The translations under genes and the position numbers were made by a program. 64,000 nucleotides of DNA from Heteronotia binoei (taxonomy: Eukaryota), in contig NC_083243.1 in assembly GCF_032191835.1 (NCBI RefSeq), forward strand, positions 151,590,001-151,654,000. The letters run 5' to 3'. Position 1 is the stretch's first letter. Each line of letters starts with the position of its first letter. The notes under the pieces are model-generated. The model was not told the DNA's origin and made no database searches. It saw nothing but the letters and a program-made list of their open reading frames with translations. Below, piece after piece: positions 13,358-24,298 of this stretch.

Positions 13358-14700
13358 GTGCTCACCATAAACCGCCTAGGTTATGCCATCGAGTTCGTTT
13401 TGCCACCTCACCGCCACCACTTTGTTGCTACTCCACCATCCCCTCATCTCAAACAAGAGATTCTGGACTTGCTCCAAAAAAATGCCATAGAACCTGTTCT
13501 TCCTCACCATCAGGGGACAGGTTTCTACTCACGATACTTCCTAGTGCCCAAGAGAGATGGGGGAAAGAGACCCATTCTGAATCTCAGGAGACTAAACAAG
13601 CGGATAGTCTACAAGAAATTCAGAATGATCTCCGTCCAATCCATCCTACCCTTAATTCTGCAGGATTCCTGGATGGCATCCCTGGATCTCCAGGATGCTT
13701 ATTTCCACTTAACCATCAGACCTCAGCACCGCAAATATCTTCACTTTGCCATGGGACAACATCACTTCCAGTATCAATCCCTCCCATTTGGGCTCTCCAC
13801 TGCCCCAAGGGTGTTCACGAAATGCATAGCAGTGGTAGCAGCTGCCCTGCGTCTTTGCAACATTCCGGTGTTCCCATACATAGACAACTGGTTGCTCAAC
13901 GCTCCCACAGCATCAACTGGCGAAGAATCTCAAAACAACTCTGTCTCTTCTTGCCTCCTTGAGCCTGTGTGTGAATGATACCAAATCTCACCTCACCCCA
14001 ACATAGGACCTACAGTTTATAGATGCTTGTCTCTGCACCTCTCCTCACATCTTTCTTCCCAGGGATCGCACCCACACTATTCTGTCTTTGGCCCAGGAGG
14101 TCATACGTGCCCCAATGCAACGTGCAATCACCATCCAATGTCTTCTGGGCCTCATGGCTGCAACAGTCTCTGTTCTTCGCTTCGTAAGACTGCATATGTG
14201 GCCGCTCCAGCTTTGGTTTGTTCGTGCCTACCATCCTCATGTACAACCACAGAATACCGTTCTCACGGTTCCTCAGAGGGTTCAGCTATCCCTCTTCTGG
14301 TGGACAGCTTTGCAGAATGCCTTTTGTTCTTCCTCTTCCTTCTGTCATGACTACAGATGACTCCAAGTGGGGATGGGGACAAGACTTAGAGGACAAGACT
14401 GTCAGGGGTTTGTGGACTGCGCCCGAGAGGGCTATGCATATAAACTGCCTAGAACTTATTGCGGTTCACAGGGCTCTTCAATTATTTCTCCCGTCCATAA
14501 CCAACTGACATGTCCAAATCACAACCGACAACATGGCCACAGTTTTTTATGTGAACAAGCAGGGCGGGGCCAGGTCTGTCCGTCTGTGCCGCATAGCCAT
14601 ACTCCTTTGGGAATGGTGCATCAAAAACAGCATCTACCTGACTGCCATTCACCTCCCAGGGATAGAGAATGTGTTGGCCGACTCTCTCAGCAGGATTCGC
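13358..14700 (+). pseudogene. DIRS reverse transcriptase/RNase H, disrupted
   Basis: GFYSRYFLVPKRDGGKRPILNL, SLDLQDAYFH, LPFGLSTAPRVFTK, FPYIDNW (YLDD degenerate). RNase H motifs TTDDSKWGWG, HINCLELIAV, DNMATVFYVNKQGG, HLPGIENVLADSLSR. Confidence 0.9.
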
Positions 14701-15060
14701 ATAGACGACCACGAATGGTCCCTCAATCCACGCTACTTGCATCGCATTTTTGCATGCTTCGGGATTCCAAGAGTAGATGTCTTTGCTACAAAGGACAATT
14801 CGAAATGCCCTCTCTTTTATACCAGGAGAGGCAACGAGGCTTTCCTTCACATTTGGAGGGGTCCTCTTCATTACCTTTTCCCACCAACTCCTCTAATTAC
14901 TCGATCTCTACTCAAAATTGTTCAGGACGGTAGACTGCATACTGATAGCACCATGGTGGCCATGGCAACCGTGGTTCACGAGACTCCTTCAAATGTCCAA
15001 TCACACTTATCACCACCTTCCCTTGGCAGACGATCTCCTCACCCAGAATTATGGCCAGGT
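14700..15060 (+). pseudogene. DIRS Dam-like N6-adenine methyltransferase domain
   Basis: VDVFATKDNSKCPLFY and YLFPPTPLITRSLLKI match the DLFAS / YAFPP motifs of the DIRS1 MT domain. Confidence 0.75.
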
Positions 15061-15108
15061 ATGGCACCACAACCCCCAAATTACAGCATGGAGAATTTGG
15101 CCACTATT

Positions 15109-16122
15109 TTGCCACTGAGAGTAGCAGAAGTTATCTTGAATGCCAGAAAACCTTCTACCAGGCGCTCATACCAGTGCAAGTGGAAGCGCTTCTGCTCTTT
15201 TGAGTCTTCTCAACAACTTGATCCACAGTCTGTTCCTCTCCCTTTGATCCTGGAATACCTGCTGTCTCTACACGTGTTGGGTCTCAGCTATTCCTCTTTA
15301 AAGGTTCACCTTTCAGCCATTTCTGCTTTTCATGAGCCCATTGATGGACAGACTGTTTTCTCCCATAGACTGTCCAAATCATTCCTCAAGGGCATGTTGC
15401 ACCTTCACCCTCCTATCAAACCGATTGTGCCAGTTTGGAGTTTGTCGTTAGTTCTTGCACAACTTATGAAGCCCCCGTTTGAACCCTTGGATACTGTGGA
15501 CCTCAATCTTCTTTCTTGGAAGACTGTCCTGTTGGTTGCTCTCATTTCTGGCAAGCGGGCCAGTGACTTGTGTGCCTTCCGCTCTGACCCACCTTATACA
15601 GTTTTTCATAGGAACAAGGTGGTCCTGAGAGTGGATCCTGCTTTCTTACCCAAGGTTGTATCGAAATTTCATCTTTCAACTTCTACTTCGTTGCCAACAT
15701 TTTTTCCTGATCCTAAGGACTCTGGACAAAGAGCTCTACACACCCTCGACGTCAGAAGAGCTTTGTCTTTTTACCTCTCTCGTACACAACCTTTCCGTAA
15801 GGACCCTAGCTTGTTTGTGGCCTACGGCAATCCTCAAAGAAGATGCAAAATTTCTACCCAAAGCCTCTCTAAAGGGGTAGCCATTGCAATCCGGTTGTGT
15901 TACAAACTTGCTAAGCAACCTTTACCTGAAGGTCTTAAGGCTCACTCAACTAGAGCAGTCTCGACCTCCTCGGCCTTCCTGGAGGGCGTCTCCTTAGAGG
16001 ACGTTTGTGCTGCTGCATCGTGGTCCTCGCCATCCACGTTCATTTCACACTATGCGTTAGATGTTCGTGCCAGACGGGACTCCTCCTTTGGCCAAGCGGT
16101 CCTCAGGTCCATCTTTCACTGA
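15109..16122 (+). CDS. DIRS tyrosine recombinase (frame open across the domain)
   Basis: N-terminal ARKPSTRRSYQCKWKRF. Catalytic-type residues in SGKRASDL (R), HSTR (HxxR) and TFISHY (Y). It lies in ORF 14533-16122. Confidence 0.88.
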   Translation: MPLRVAEVILNARKPSTRRSYQCKWKRFCSFESSQQLDPQSVPLPLILEYLLSLHVLGLSYSSLKVHLSAISAFHEPIDGQTVFSHRLSKSFLKGMLHLHPPIKPIVPVWSLSLVLAQLMKPPFEPLDTVDLNLLSWKTVLLVALISGKRASDLCAFRSDPPYTVFHRNKVVLRVDPAFLPKVVSKFHLSTSTSLPTFFPDPKDSGQRALHTLDVRRALSFYLSRTQPFRKDPSLFVAYGNPQRRCKISTQSLSKGVAIAIRLCYKLAKQPLPEGLKAHSTRAVSTSSAFLEGVSLEDVCAAASWSSPSTFISHYALDVRARRDSSFGQAVLRSIFH

Positions 16123-16217
16123 AATCACCCCAGGTGAGTGCATGCATACATCGTAAGTAGGAAAATGTTTTTCTTGCCAGCACCCACCTTCCTTTTTGAT
16201 TTTTAGCTTGCTAGTCA

Positions 16218-16314
16218 CCCATGTGTGGGACTGCACAGAGACCATGATGAAGATAAACAGGTTGCTTACCTGTAACTGATGATCTTCGAGTGGTCATCTG
16301 TGCAGTCAGACATG
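16218..16314 (+). repeat. DIRS internal complementary region (ICR)
   Basis: 16218-16254 is the reverse complement of the element's left end and 16255-16314 of its right end, joined as GAAGAT|AAACAG. Confidence 0.92.
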
Positions 16315-16380
16315 CCCACCCAGCCTTCCCCTCTGCTGGCTTTCTTCTGCTTTGGTTTTTACCTTTGTAGACTGTCAGTA

Positions 16381-16601
16381 GCGGCTGGAAGAAACTGAGT
16401 GGGAAGGGCGTCTCCCGCTCGCTCCATGCATGCACAGTCAATGCCTGCTCCCCAGGGCGAGTGGAAAAGTGCACCAAAAAATGCTCTAGGCGAGCTATTG
16501 GAGACTCCGAGGTATGGATCCGTTGCCTACGGCAAGACCCATGTGTGTGACTGCACAGATGACCACTCGAAGATCATCAGTTACAGGTAAGCAAACTGTT
16601 T
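16381..16601 (+). repeat. DIRS right inverted terminal repeat with right extension
   Basis: Complementary to the left ITR. The extension ATCAGTTACAGGTAAGCAAACTGTTT pairs with the ICR. Confidence 0.92.
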
Positions 16602-18238
16602 TTACACACCGGGGTGCTTTCTAGGTCAAGCGCCTACAATTTGGGATCAGTGTGGCCCCAGAGATTTTCCAGAACTTAATGGACTCTCTCTTAAAAGGAA
16701 TTCCCAGGGTCCAGCCATTCTTTGATGATGTGCTGATCGTTGCTGCCAATGAGGATGAGTTCTCTCCTGCCTTTGTGCAGTGCTCTAGCGTTTCAACTCA
16801 GCTGGACTGAAGGTGAAGCGGGGAAAGTGCCTCCTGGGGGTTATAGAGCGGACGCAAGAGGGATCCACACTGCACAAGACAAGGTCAAGGCCGTTTGTGA
16901 TGCCCCAGTGCCCACCAACAAGGCCGAGCTCCAGGCATTCCTCAGCTTCTTGAACTTTTACCACTTGTTCCTTCCACACACCACCTCAGTAGCAGAGCCC
17001 CTCCACCAGCTACTGGACAAAAGGGCTCTGTGTGTCTGGGGCTGCCGGAAAACTGCCACCTTTCAGGTGGTAAAGGACCTTTTAATGTCAAACAGCTTAC
17101 TGGTGCACTTTGACGAGCAGCTCCCTGTTGTCTTGGCCTGCGACACCTCTCCCTACAGGGTAGGCACCATCCTGGCCCACCAACTACTGGATGGTTGCAA
17201 GGTCCCAGTAGCTTATTACTCCTGGACTCTGCAGTCCCCAGAGCGCAACTATGCGCAAATCGATAAGGAGGGTCTGGCCATAGTAGCGTGTGTGTGTGTG
17301 TCAAAAAATGTCATGACTATCTCTATGGCCAGCCCTTCACTATCCTGACAGTCCACAAGCCCTTGCTGGGACTCTTTGTCCCTGATTGTCAAATGCTCCA
17401 GATGCTTTCGCCATGAGTCCTGCATTGGTCCATCTTCCTGGCCAGGTATCAGTACTCTCTCCAGTACCGGCCAGGGAAAACGATGCACGGACACCCTGAA
17501 TTGTCTGCCGCTTCTGTCATGGGACCCTGATCCCACTCCTGCACACTAGATCCTACTTTTTGAGTCCCTCCTGGACCACCTTGTGCACGCAAAGGACACT
17601 GCATGCCACTCTGCCAAGGACCGGATCCTTTCCCATGTTTTGGAATGGGTGTGGAGGGGATGGCCCACCAGTTGGATGGGCCCAGATTTTACAGCTTATG
17701 CATCTCACCAGGATGAACTTTCTGTCCACAAGGGGTGCCTTCTGTGAGGGGGGGGGGTCTGGTCATTTGCACCTGGACTGGGCCCTGGACTTACAGGAGT
17801 TCCCAGAGGTGCTTCGGACACCCCATGGGTTTGCTCCTGGGAACTTGGTTTATGCTAAAAACTTTGGGGGCAGCCCGGCCTGGATTCCAGCCAAGGTTCT
17901 AAGGTCAGTCTCCTATCAGGTGACCACTGAAGGTGGGTTCACCCTCAGGTGGCACATTGACCAACTGCAGTCCCGCACCACTCTGGAGGACGAGGTTGAT
18001 GACTACAACTCCACTGACCCACCAGCTGCTTCGCCACCTCAAGTGACGAATCCGAGGTCATGGCTCCCGCCCTGGGGCCAAGCTGGTGGCTGGTGAGAAT
18101 TCTGTGATGCCAGCCGAGACTCCAGCATTGCTGGCCCTTCCACTCACTTCTGCACCCAGACATGAGAAAACCGCAAGCCTGCCTTCCTCAAGGACTATGT
18201 ATGCTAGGGCTTGCAGACTGAGGGGGGGGGGGGGGGAA
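16602..18238 (+). mobile_element. Gypsy/Ty3 pol, downstream part (RT, RNase H, integrase C-terminus; integrase core deleted) and polypurine tract
   Basis: THRGAF*VKRLQFGISVAPEIFQ, FFDDVLI, LACDTSPYRVG, ERNYAQIDKEGLAIV, VYAKNFGGSPAWIPA. G-rich PPT at 18220-18238. Confidence 0.9.
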
Positions 18239-18430
18239 TGTTGTGTATGTGGACTAATGATGCTTTTACCTGTGTTCCTGCCTGGCTCATTGGAGCCTTT
18301 AGGTCTTAGCTTGGGGACTAAGGAACAATGGGCAGTGGAATCCAAATCTCTACTTCCCTGCTCCAATCACAGGCTCCCTGCTAGTTTAAATGATCCAATG
18401 GAATCCTAGTATGGAAACACTGAACTGTAT
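18239..18430 (+). repeat. Truncated 3' LTR of the Gypsy element
   Basis: It begins TGTTG immediately after the PPT and is homologous to the solo LTR at 46413. It is cut by a SINE/L2-type tail at about 18430. Confidence 0.75.
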
Positions 18431-19413
18431 ATTTATTTATTTGATTTATATCCCACCCTCCCCACTGAAGCAGGGTCAGTTGGCCGGGCTCCAGCCTGAA
18501 GGCTTCAATGGTGCCCGCATCCCCGACGGCTTTGCTGGGAGGCAGTGGAAGATGGCGGAAGACGAAGGTGCGCCTTATGGTCCGGTGCGTCTAATGGCCC
18601 TTTCCTGCAAGTGGGCTCAGGGTGGCTTACTATAAAAGTGTAACATACCATCATACTTTAAACCCTACTCTATCGCATCTCCCCCATTCCCTTCCCACTA
18701 TATGGCTACAGCAGCAGAAGCAGAAAGATATCTCCAGTGACTTTTCCCTGATCTTCAAAACAGCTTCTTGGCACTGTAAAAAAACTGCATAAGTCCTGAC
18801 AATGTCTTTCTTCAGTCAGGTTGCACTCCATTTCTATGGATATCAAGTGCTCTGGGAAAACAATAGTTCTTAGGTTCTATGGTTGCTTGAGTGCTGCCAT
18901 AGTGACAGTCAAGACACAAAGAAAAGGAAGAGAGCTCCAAAGTCAGAACATTAACCAAAGACAAGTAATAGTTGCCTCACATTCCTATATGAATCACCAG
19001 AGTCCATAGACTGAACCTGGTATTATGGTATTTGGAGGCAACGCAAGCTAGTCTCTTGCTGGCTCTTAGTTAATTTACTAGGAATAAGGTCTGTTGTGAA
19101 GAAAAATACAATGGACTCTAGAAAAATGCTCTAGGTGAGTGCCTCCCCAACCCTTGCTCTTTTCCCACCCACCCAAGTGAAGGCATTCACTTTTCCCCAC
19201 CCCTCCTCAAACTCCACCCTCTCAAGGCTCCACCCCTCAAATCTCCAGGAATATACTGTCAAGGAGATAAAGGAGCACAACTTGAAACAGGGAAGTGCTT
19301 CATGGAATAACTCCCTCCATCTAATATTTCAGTCAAGAAAGATCTGTTTAACTATATGTGGATGAAGGGGACAAACTCCAAACTGGAAAGTAGATCAGTG
19401 TCCCAAACATCAT

Positions 19414-21975
19414 TTGGCTGACCTACTTAGAGCAAAATACTCAGAAGTTGACCTGGTGGAGCATGACTCTCTTAATCCTCAAAATCAGCCTCAAAAAATT
19501 CTACTCTCCTTTGCTTCTACCAGAATACCTTCTCTGATTCATGAGAAAAAGCCACAGCTTGTTACTAAAGGTGTTTTTCTAACACTGGTGTTCCAAAATG
19601 CAATTACATTACCCTCGTGCCATAAGAAATCCTTTGGTGCTGATATTAACTCACCATTACAAGAGCAGTCACCAATGGAGACAGAGATATATCAAAAACC
19701 CCAAATGAACTTAATTTCCTGGGATGACCTGAGTGAGCCCATGGAGAGCACACAAACCTCTTCAGAACATCAACATGCACAAGCTGGCCAAGGAACAAAC
19801 CCAATCCCCTTGGACTCCAAAAGACAACTGACACATAAGTACTTGGCAGACCCTTTGGAGAATGATCTTTTTGATTCTTTTGGGAATCTCCCCTACAATG
19901 AGCAACAATCAATTATTGATAGACTGGATTTTATGAGCCACAAACTGAGTGAGATGAAAGTTTCGAAGATACAGCCAGTTGAAAAGCCCAAAGCCCACAA
20001 AAACCTGAGCATTACAGCAGATCTTCTAGAACCAACCCTATCAGTGGATGCTGAATGACAACTACAAAGCAGGAGCACCCAAAATATATTAGAGTTCTAA
20101 TCATTTACAAAACACCAAAAATGTCTCTTATGGCAGCCTCTTAATAGAGCATCCTCTAAATAAATTAACCGGAGCACCTCATCAGAAGTCTTTAACGACC
20201 CCACCATCTGGTCCCTCATCTAAAGTTGGGGCAAATGGCTGTATTTGCTCTGAACATAACAAATCTCTCAATTTAATATCCAAGCTGGATTGACTAGATT
20301 ATAACAACCAGAAATGGAGACAACCCCAGGGACAAGCCTTCCAGCTCATATCCTGCAATACTGAGGGATGGGGAAGTAAAAGTGGAGATCCTGACATCGA
20401 GCTTTTTGAAGGATTCTGACATTATTCTTTTACAGGAGACTTGGTCGCCCAGGGATAGTTTAATCAGCGGTTTCACTTCCTATACACTTCCTGCATCTAA
20501 AATGAATATAAAGGGCCGATTTAAGGCTGGCCTGTGTTGTTTGTTCAATAATTCTATCAATCATATTGTTAGCCCATTAGACCCTTGCCCCTCCACTGTC
20601 CCAGGCATTTTATATTTCTATTACGGATCTGCCGATTTTTTTAGTTAATCTTTACATTGCTCCTTTTATTGATAACAGTACTTCCCCATCTGCTTGGAAG
20701 TCACTGTTTATTTGAATATGCTTTGGGGGAAATTTCCTGAGGCTACTCTTCTTTTAGCTGGTGATTTTAATGCAAGACTGGGGTCTAATAACGATCATAG
20801 ACAATTTGTTGAGTTGGGGAGATGAGGACCACACACCTCTCCCACTCTTAGTTTCTATACAATCTAAAGATCCAATTATAAATCAGACCAGACGTTATCT
20901 GGTGGATCTGGTGGATCTTTGTGTGGAATTAAATCTATATATAATGAATGGGTCCCCTGAACATGTCCAATACACTTACATCTCCCCTCGTGATTGTAGT
21001 GTTGTAGACTATGTGATTACTTCAGCAGACTTGAGAGGCCATATCACCAAGTTTACGATAGGCAATCGAACAGAGAGTGACCACTTTCCTATGTTGTTGA
21101 CTTTTAGGATAAGTTGTGTTTCAGATAGGTCTCCTCTGCTTAGTGTTGAGAATACTGATTGCCCTGTATATAAGAGAATAAAATGGTCCTCAACCCTTTC
21201 AACACAGATTCAACAGTGATGCACAGTGATATTGGGATGCAACTAAACCAAAAGCTAGCTTGTACTAAATCACCAATAGAGGCTCTATTGTTTCTATTGT
21301 TTTTAAACTTCTATTGTTATAGAAGTTTAAATTTCTATAATTTTTCTATTTCTATTGTTGATAAACTTAGTGATTTTGCCCAACCATTTGGCTGTAAACA
21401 CATGAAATGTTCAACTAATTCCTGGTTTGATGCTGAATGTCACCTAGCTAAAAATAGATTGCGCCAACTAGTAATCTGCTTCCTTTAGATGTACGTGAGT
21501 GGCCTCCTGGTCTTAATCTGGTAAAACCCCGGGCCCTGATGGCCTGTCTTTTGAGCTAATGAAGAACAATATTGAATGGTTTCATTCTCTTGCACATCTT
21601 TTTACATTAATTGATAAATTTGGTACTTTACCAGAATCATGGTTAAATTCCATAATTATTCCGATTTTCAAAAAAGGGACCATAATAGCCTAGAGAACTA
21701 TAGACCCATTTGTCTTTTGTCTATTCTAGGGAAAATTTATGCTAAACATCTTCTTAAGAAACTATTAAGTGGATGACTTCTCATAATTTACCAGGGAGAG
21801 AGCAAACTGAATTTATAACAACCCACTCTACTTTAGTTCACTGTGTAACTTTATCTTTTTTAGCTGAAAAATATCTCCAGCACCCTAGAGGCAAGTTATA
21901 TGTTGCATTTATTGATCTTCATAGAACTTTTGACTCAGTCAATAGACATGCTCTGTGGGAAAAATTACACAAGGA
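19414..21975 (+). mobile_element. Degraded LINE, probably RTE-X-like: ORF1 remnant, AP endonuclease and RT N-terminal half
   Basis: IILLQETW, LLAGDFNARLG, SVVDYVI, ESDHFP, GPDGL, NYRPICLLS, YVAFIDLHRTFDSVNR. The clade assignment is inferred from domain layout. Confidence 0.75.
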
Positions 21976-23590
21976 ATTCCGGGATCTGTCATCTTGGCTT
22001 CAGAGTTGCCTGCAGATCTTCTCCCTGTGGCAACTCTGAGTCTGTCCGTTGGAGGGGTGTCACAGAAGTGACACCATAGGAAAAGCCTGGAAAGCTTTTT
22101 CTTTGGCATGGGAACTTCAAGGGGGGGGAAAGGGGGTCAGCAGCAACTGCCCTCTGTGTTCATCGTGTGTCCTGAAGCTCCGCGGCCATGAAAGCTGTAT
22201 ATAAGCAGAAAAAGAACTCCCGACTGCTTTTATGTTTTCACTTTCTCCAGTACATCTTTAAAACAACATTTTCCCACTTCTAAAGCAATGACTTTACTTA
22301 ACAAGTAGGTGTTTTTTCTAACTCTACCCCCCAATGAGTCACTCTGCATAACGACAAAAGATTAGCTCAAAGATCAGCTCAAAAGGCCTTGAAACGCTAC
22401 GAGCAGTCTTAACTATTTAAACTGGATTGAATATAATTATTAAAATTGACGCGGACTTTAATTGGATATATATCAAAGAGATTATCAAGAATTTGCAATA
22501 CGATCTGAACACAAAGGAGATATACAGAAAAGAGCTCTGTCTCTATTACCTGACTGAAACTGAAAGAATGCCTTCTAAAACTTCAGTTGAAGCTGTTGTA
22601 GAACAGGGAATAACAGGAGAGAAGCGAAAGTACAATCTGACCTAAGTGTCATGCCTGCCCCTGACCCAGCACCTGCTAGCTCAGAGCAGGCGTCTTTAAC
22701 AGCCCTGGACGTAAGTCCTGAGGAGGCAAGCCGGCAGCAGGAGCCACCTGGAACTGATCAGGCCATGCCGGGCCCCAGCTCATCCCCTCCTGAATCTCCA
22801 CCACCTGTTAGCCGGCTCCATGAAAGGAGACGGCAGGAGATTAGAAACAGAAGGAGTGAAGCACGCATGCGGGGGAGAAGAGATCTAAGCCCGGCATACT
22901 AATGGGTTAACAAGCCAGCACAGTATATCTGCAGCCCTGGCCCTTTGGCAAACTGTGCTGGCAACGAACGATCCTCCTGGGACGTGACCACGCTCTGCAC
23001 CCTCTTGACTCCTGTGAGAACCCGCATATTTCTGACCCGGCTTGGACCTTGGAACTCTGGACTGTGACTCTGTTCTGTGGACTTGCTTTGGTAATTTGAC
23101 TTCATTCGGCTTTGCTCTCTCTGGTTACCCGACCCTCGGCCTTCCTGTGTTTACGCTCTCTGTCTCATCCCCCGGCTCGGACTGATTTATGGTTTTGACT
23201 AATTGGACTGTTTAAGATAACGCCTGTGCTGCTCCCTGAAAACCTCAGCCGGCTGCAAGAGTTCTGGCTGACTGCCGGGACGCCAGCAGCCGCCTCCTAC
23301 CCGAGGCTCGAGTCGTGACACTAAGAGACTAAGTTTTGAACATATAATCTGATTTAAAAGACTGAATTTTGATATGACACCGTTTAATGAAATGACACAT
23401 GGAAAAGATATTTGTGCAAATCTCAGATCTTTGAAGGAAGATTTTATCTCATTTACGCAGCATCTTAGAGATTATCTTATGCTGACAGCTAATGATTTGA
23501 GGGAAGAAGGTCCGATGGCTAATGAAATGGTAAATCTACAGGGGTCCAGTACTAAAGAGAGTGAATTGATGGCAGTGATGGCTAAAACTG
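21976..23590. other. Foreign segment replacing the central RT region of the LINE (resembles a LINE 5' UTR plus coiled-coil ORF1 start)
   Basis: RT homology stops at ALWEKL (about 21970) and resumes at GHTPKL/LLYAGD (about 23590). The sequence between them is unrelated to RT and contains a solo LTR. Confidence 0.5.
22647..23320 (+). mobile_element. Solo LTR (674 bp), probably Gypsy
   Basis: Termini TGTCA...TGACA with a perfect 5-bp TSD CTAAG (22642-22646, 23321-23325). Confidence 0.92.
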
Positions 23591-24298
23591 ATGGACACAC
23601 TCCCAAATTAAACTCAGTCCCAGTTCCTATTTTATTATATGCGGGTGATGCAGCAGTTCTTTCTGTTACTAAAGTAGGATTAAAGTGCTCTCTATTAGCA
23701 TTTATTTCATTCTGTAACCAGAACTCTTTATTTTGATAAGTCTAAAATTTTGGTCTTTTTTAAATCATGGAGGAGTTCTGTCTGGAAGATAGATGGAAGA
23801 GAAATTGAACAAGTTAAATCTTTTAGATACCTGGATATTCTCTTTCATTATAATCTAAAATGGTCCATGCATCAGGAGCATTCTCTTAGCTTGGCCAAGA
23901 ACAAGATGGTTGCTATAATTCATTTTCACTATCAAAAAGGTAACCAATTTGTCCCGACTGCTCTACAGATTTTTTGGGCTACAGTGATTCCCCAATTACT
24001 GTATGGGGTTCCCATGTGGATTCAGGACCTTAATAAAAAGGTTGAACAAGTTTATGCATTTATGCTGGCCAGACTCAGTGTATTTCCTGCAGATCTTCTC
24101 CCTGTGGCAACTCTGAGTCTGTCCGTTGGAGGGGTGTGGTTACAGTCAGATACAAGGATATCTGTTATGCAGAAAGACTCTGCAGATGTCTCTATAAAGA
24201 ACCCGACTCTGTTCAGCATATCCTCTTAAACTGCCTGCTGTTTACTCAGCTACATTCATATTTGATTAGTCCTCTTTTTCAACTCTCTAAGACTGCAA
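23590..24298 (+). mobile_element. RTE-X-like LINE continuation (RT C-terminus and Cys/His domain)
   Basis: ILLYAGDAAVL, IEQVKSFRYLDI, PQLLYGVPMW, ERLCRCLYKEPDSVQHILLNC. It ends at the TSD of the RTE insertion. Confidence 0.8.

Larger units (their letters stand above)
10993..16601 (+). mobile_element. Complete DIRS1-like tyrosine-recombinase retrotransposon
   Basis: Inverted terminal repeats, an internal complementary region, and gag, RT/RNase H, MT and YR ORFs in canonical order. There is no TSD. Confidence 0.95.

Noticed and set aside
14700-16122. Phage integrase plus Dam methylase as prokaryotic or phage contamination
   Set aside because: Both domains are standard parts of DIRS1 elements and are embedded in vertebrate repeats with the ITR/ICR structure.
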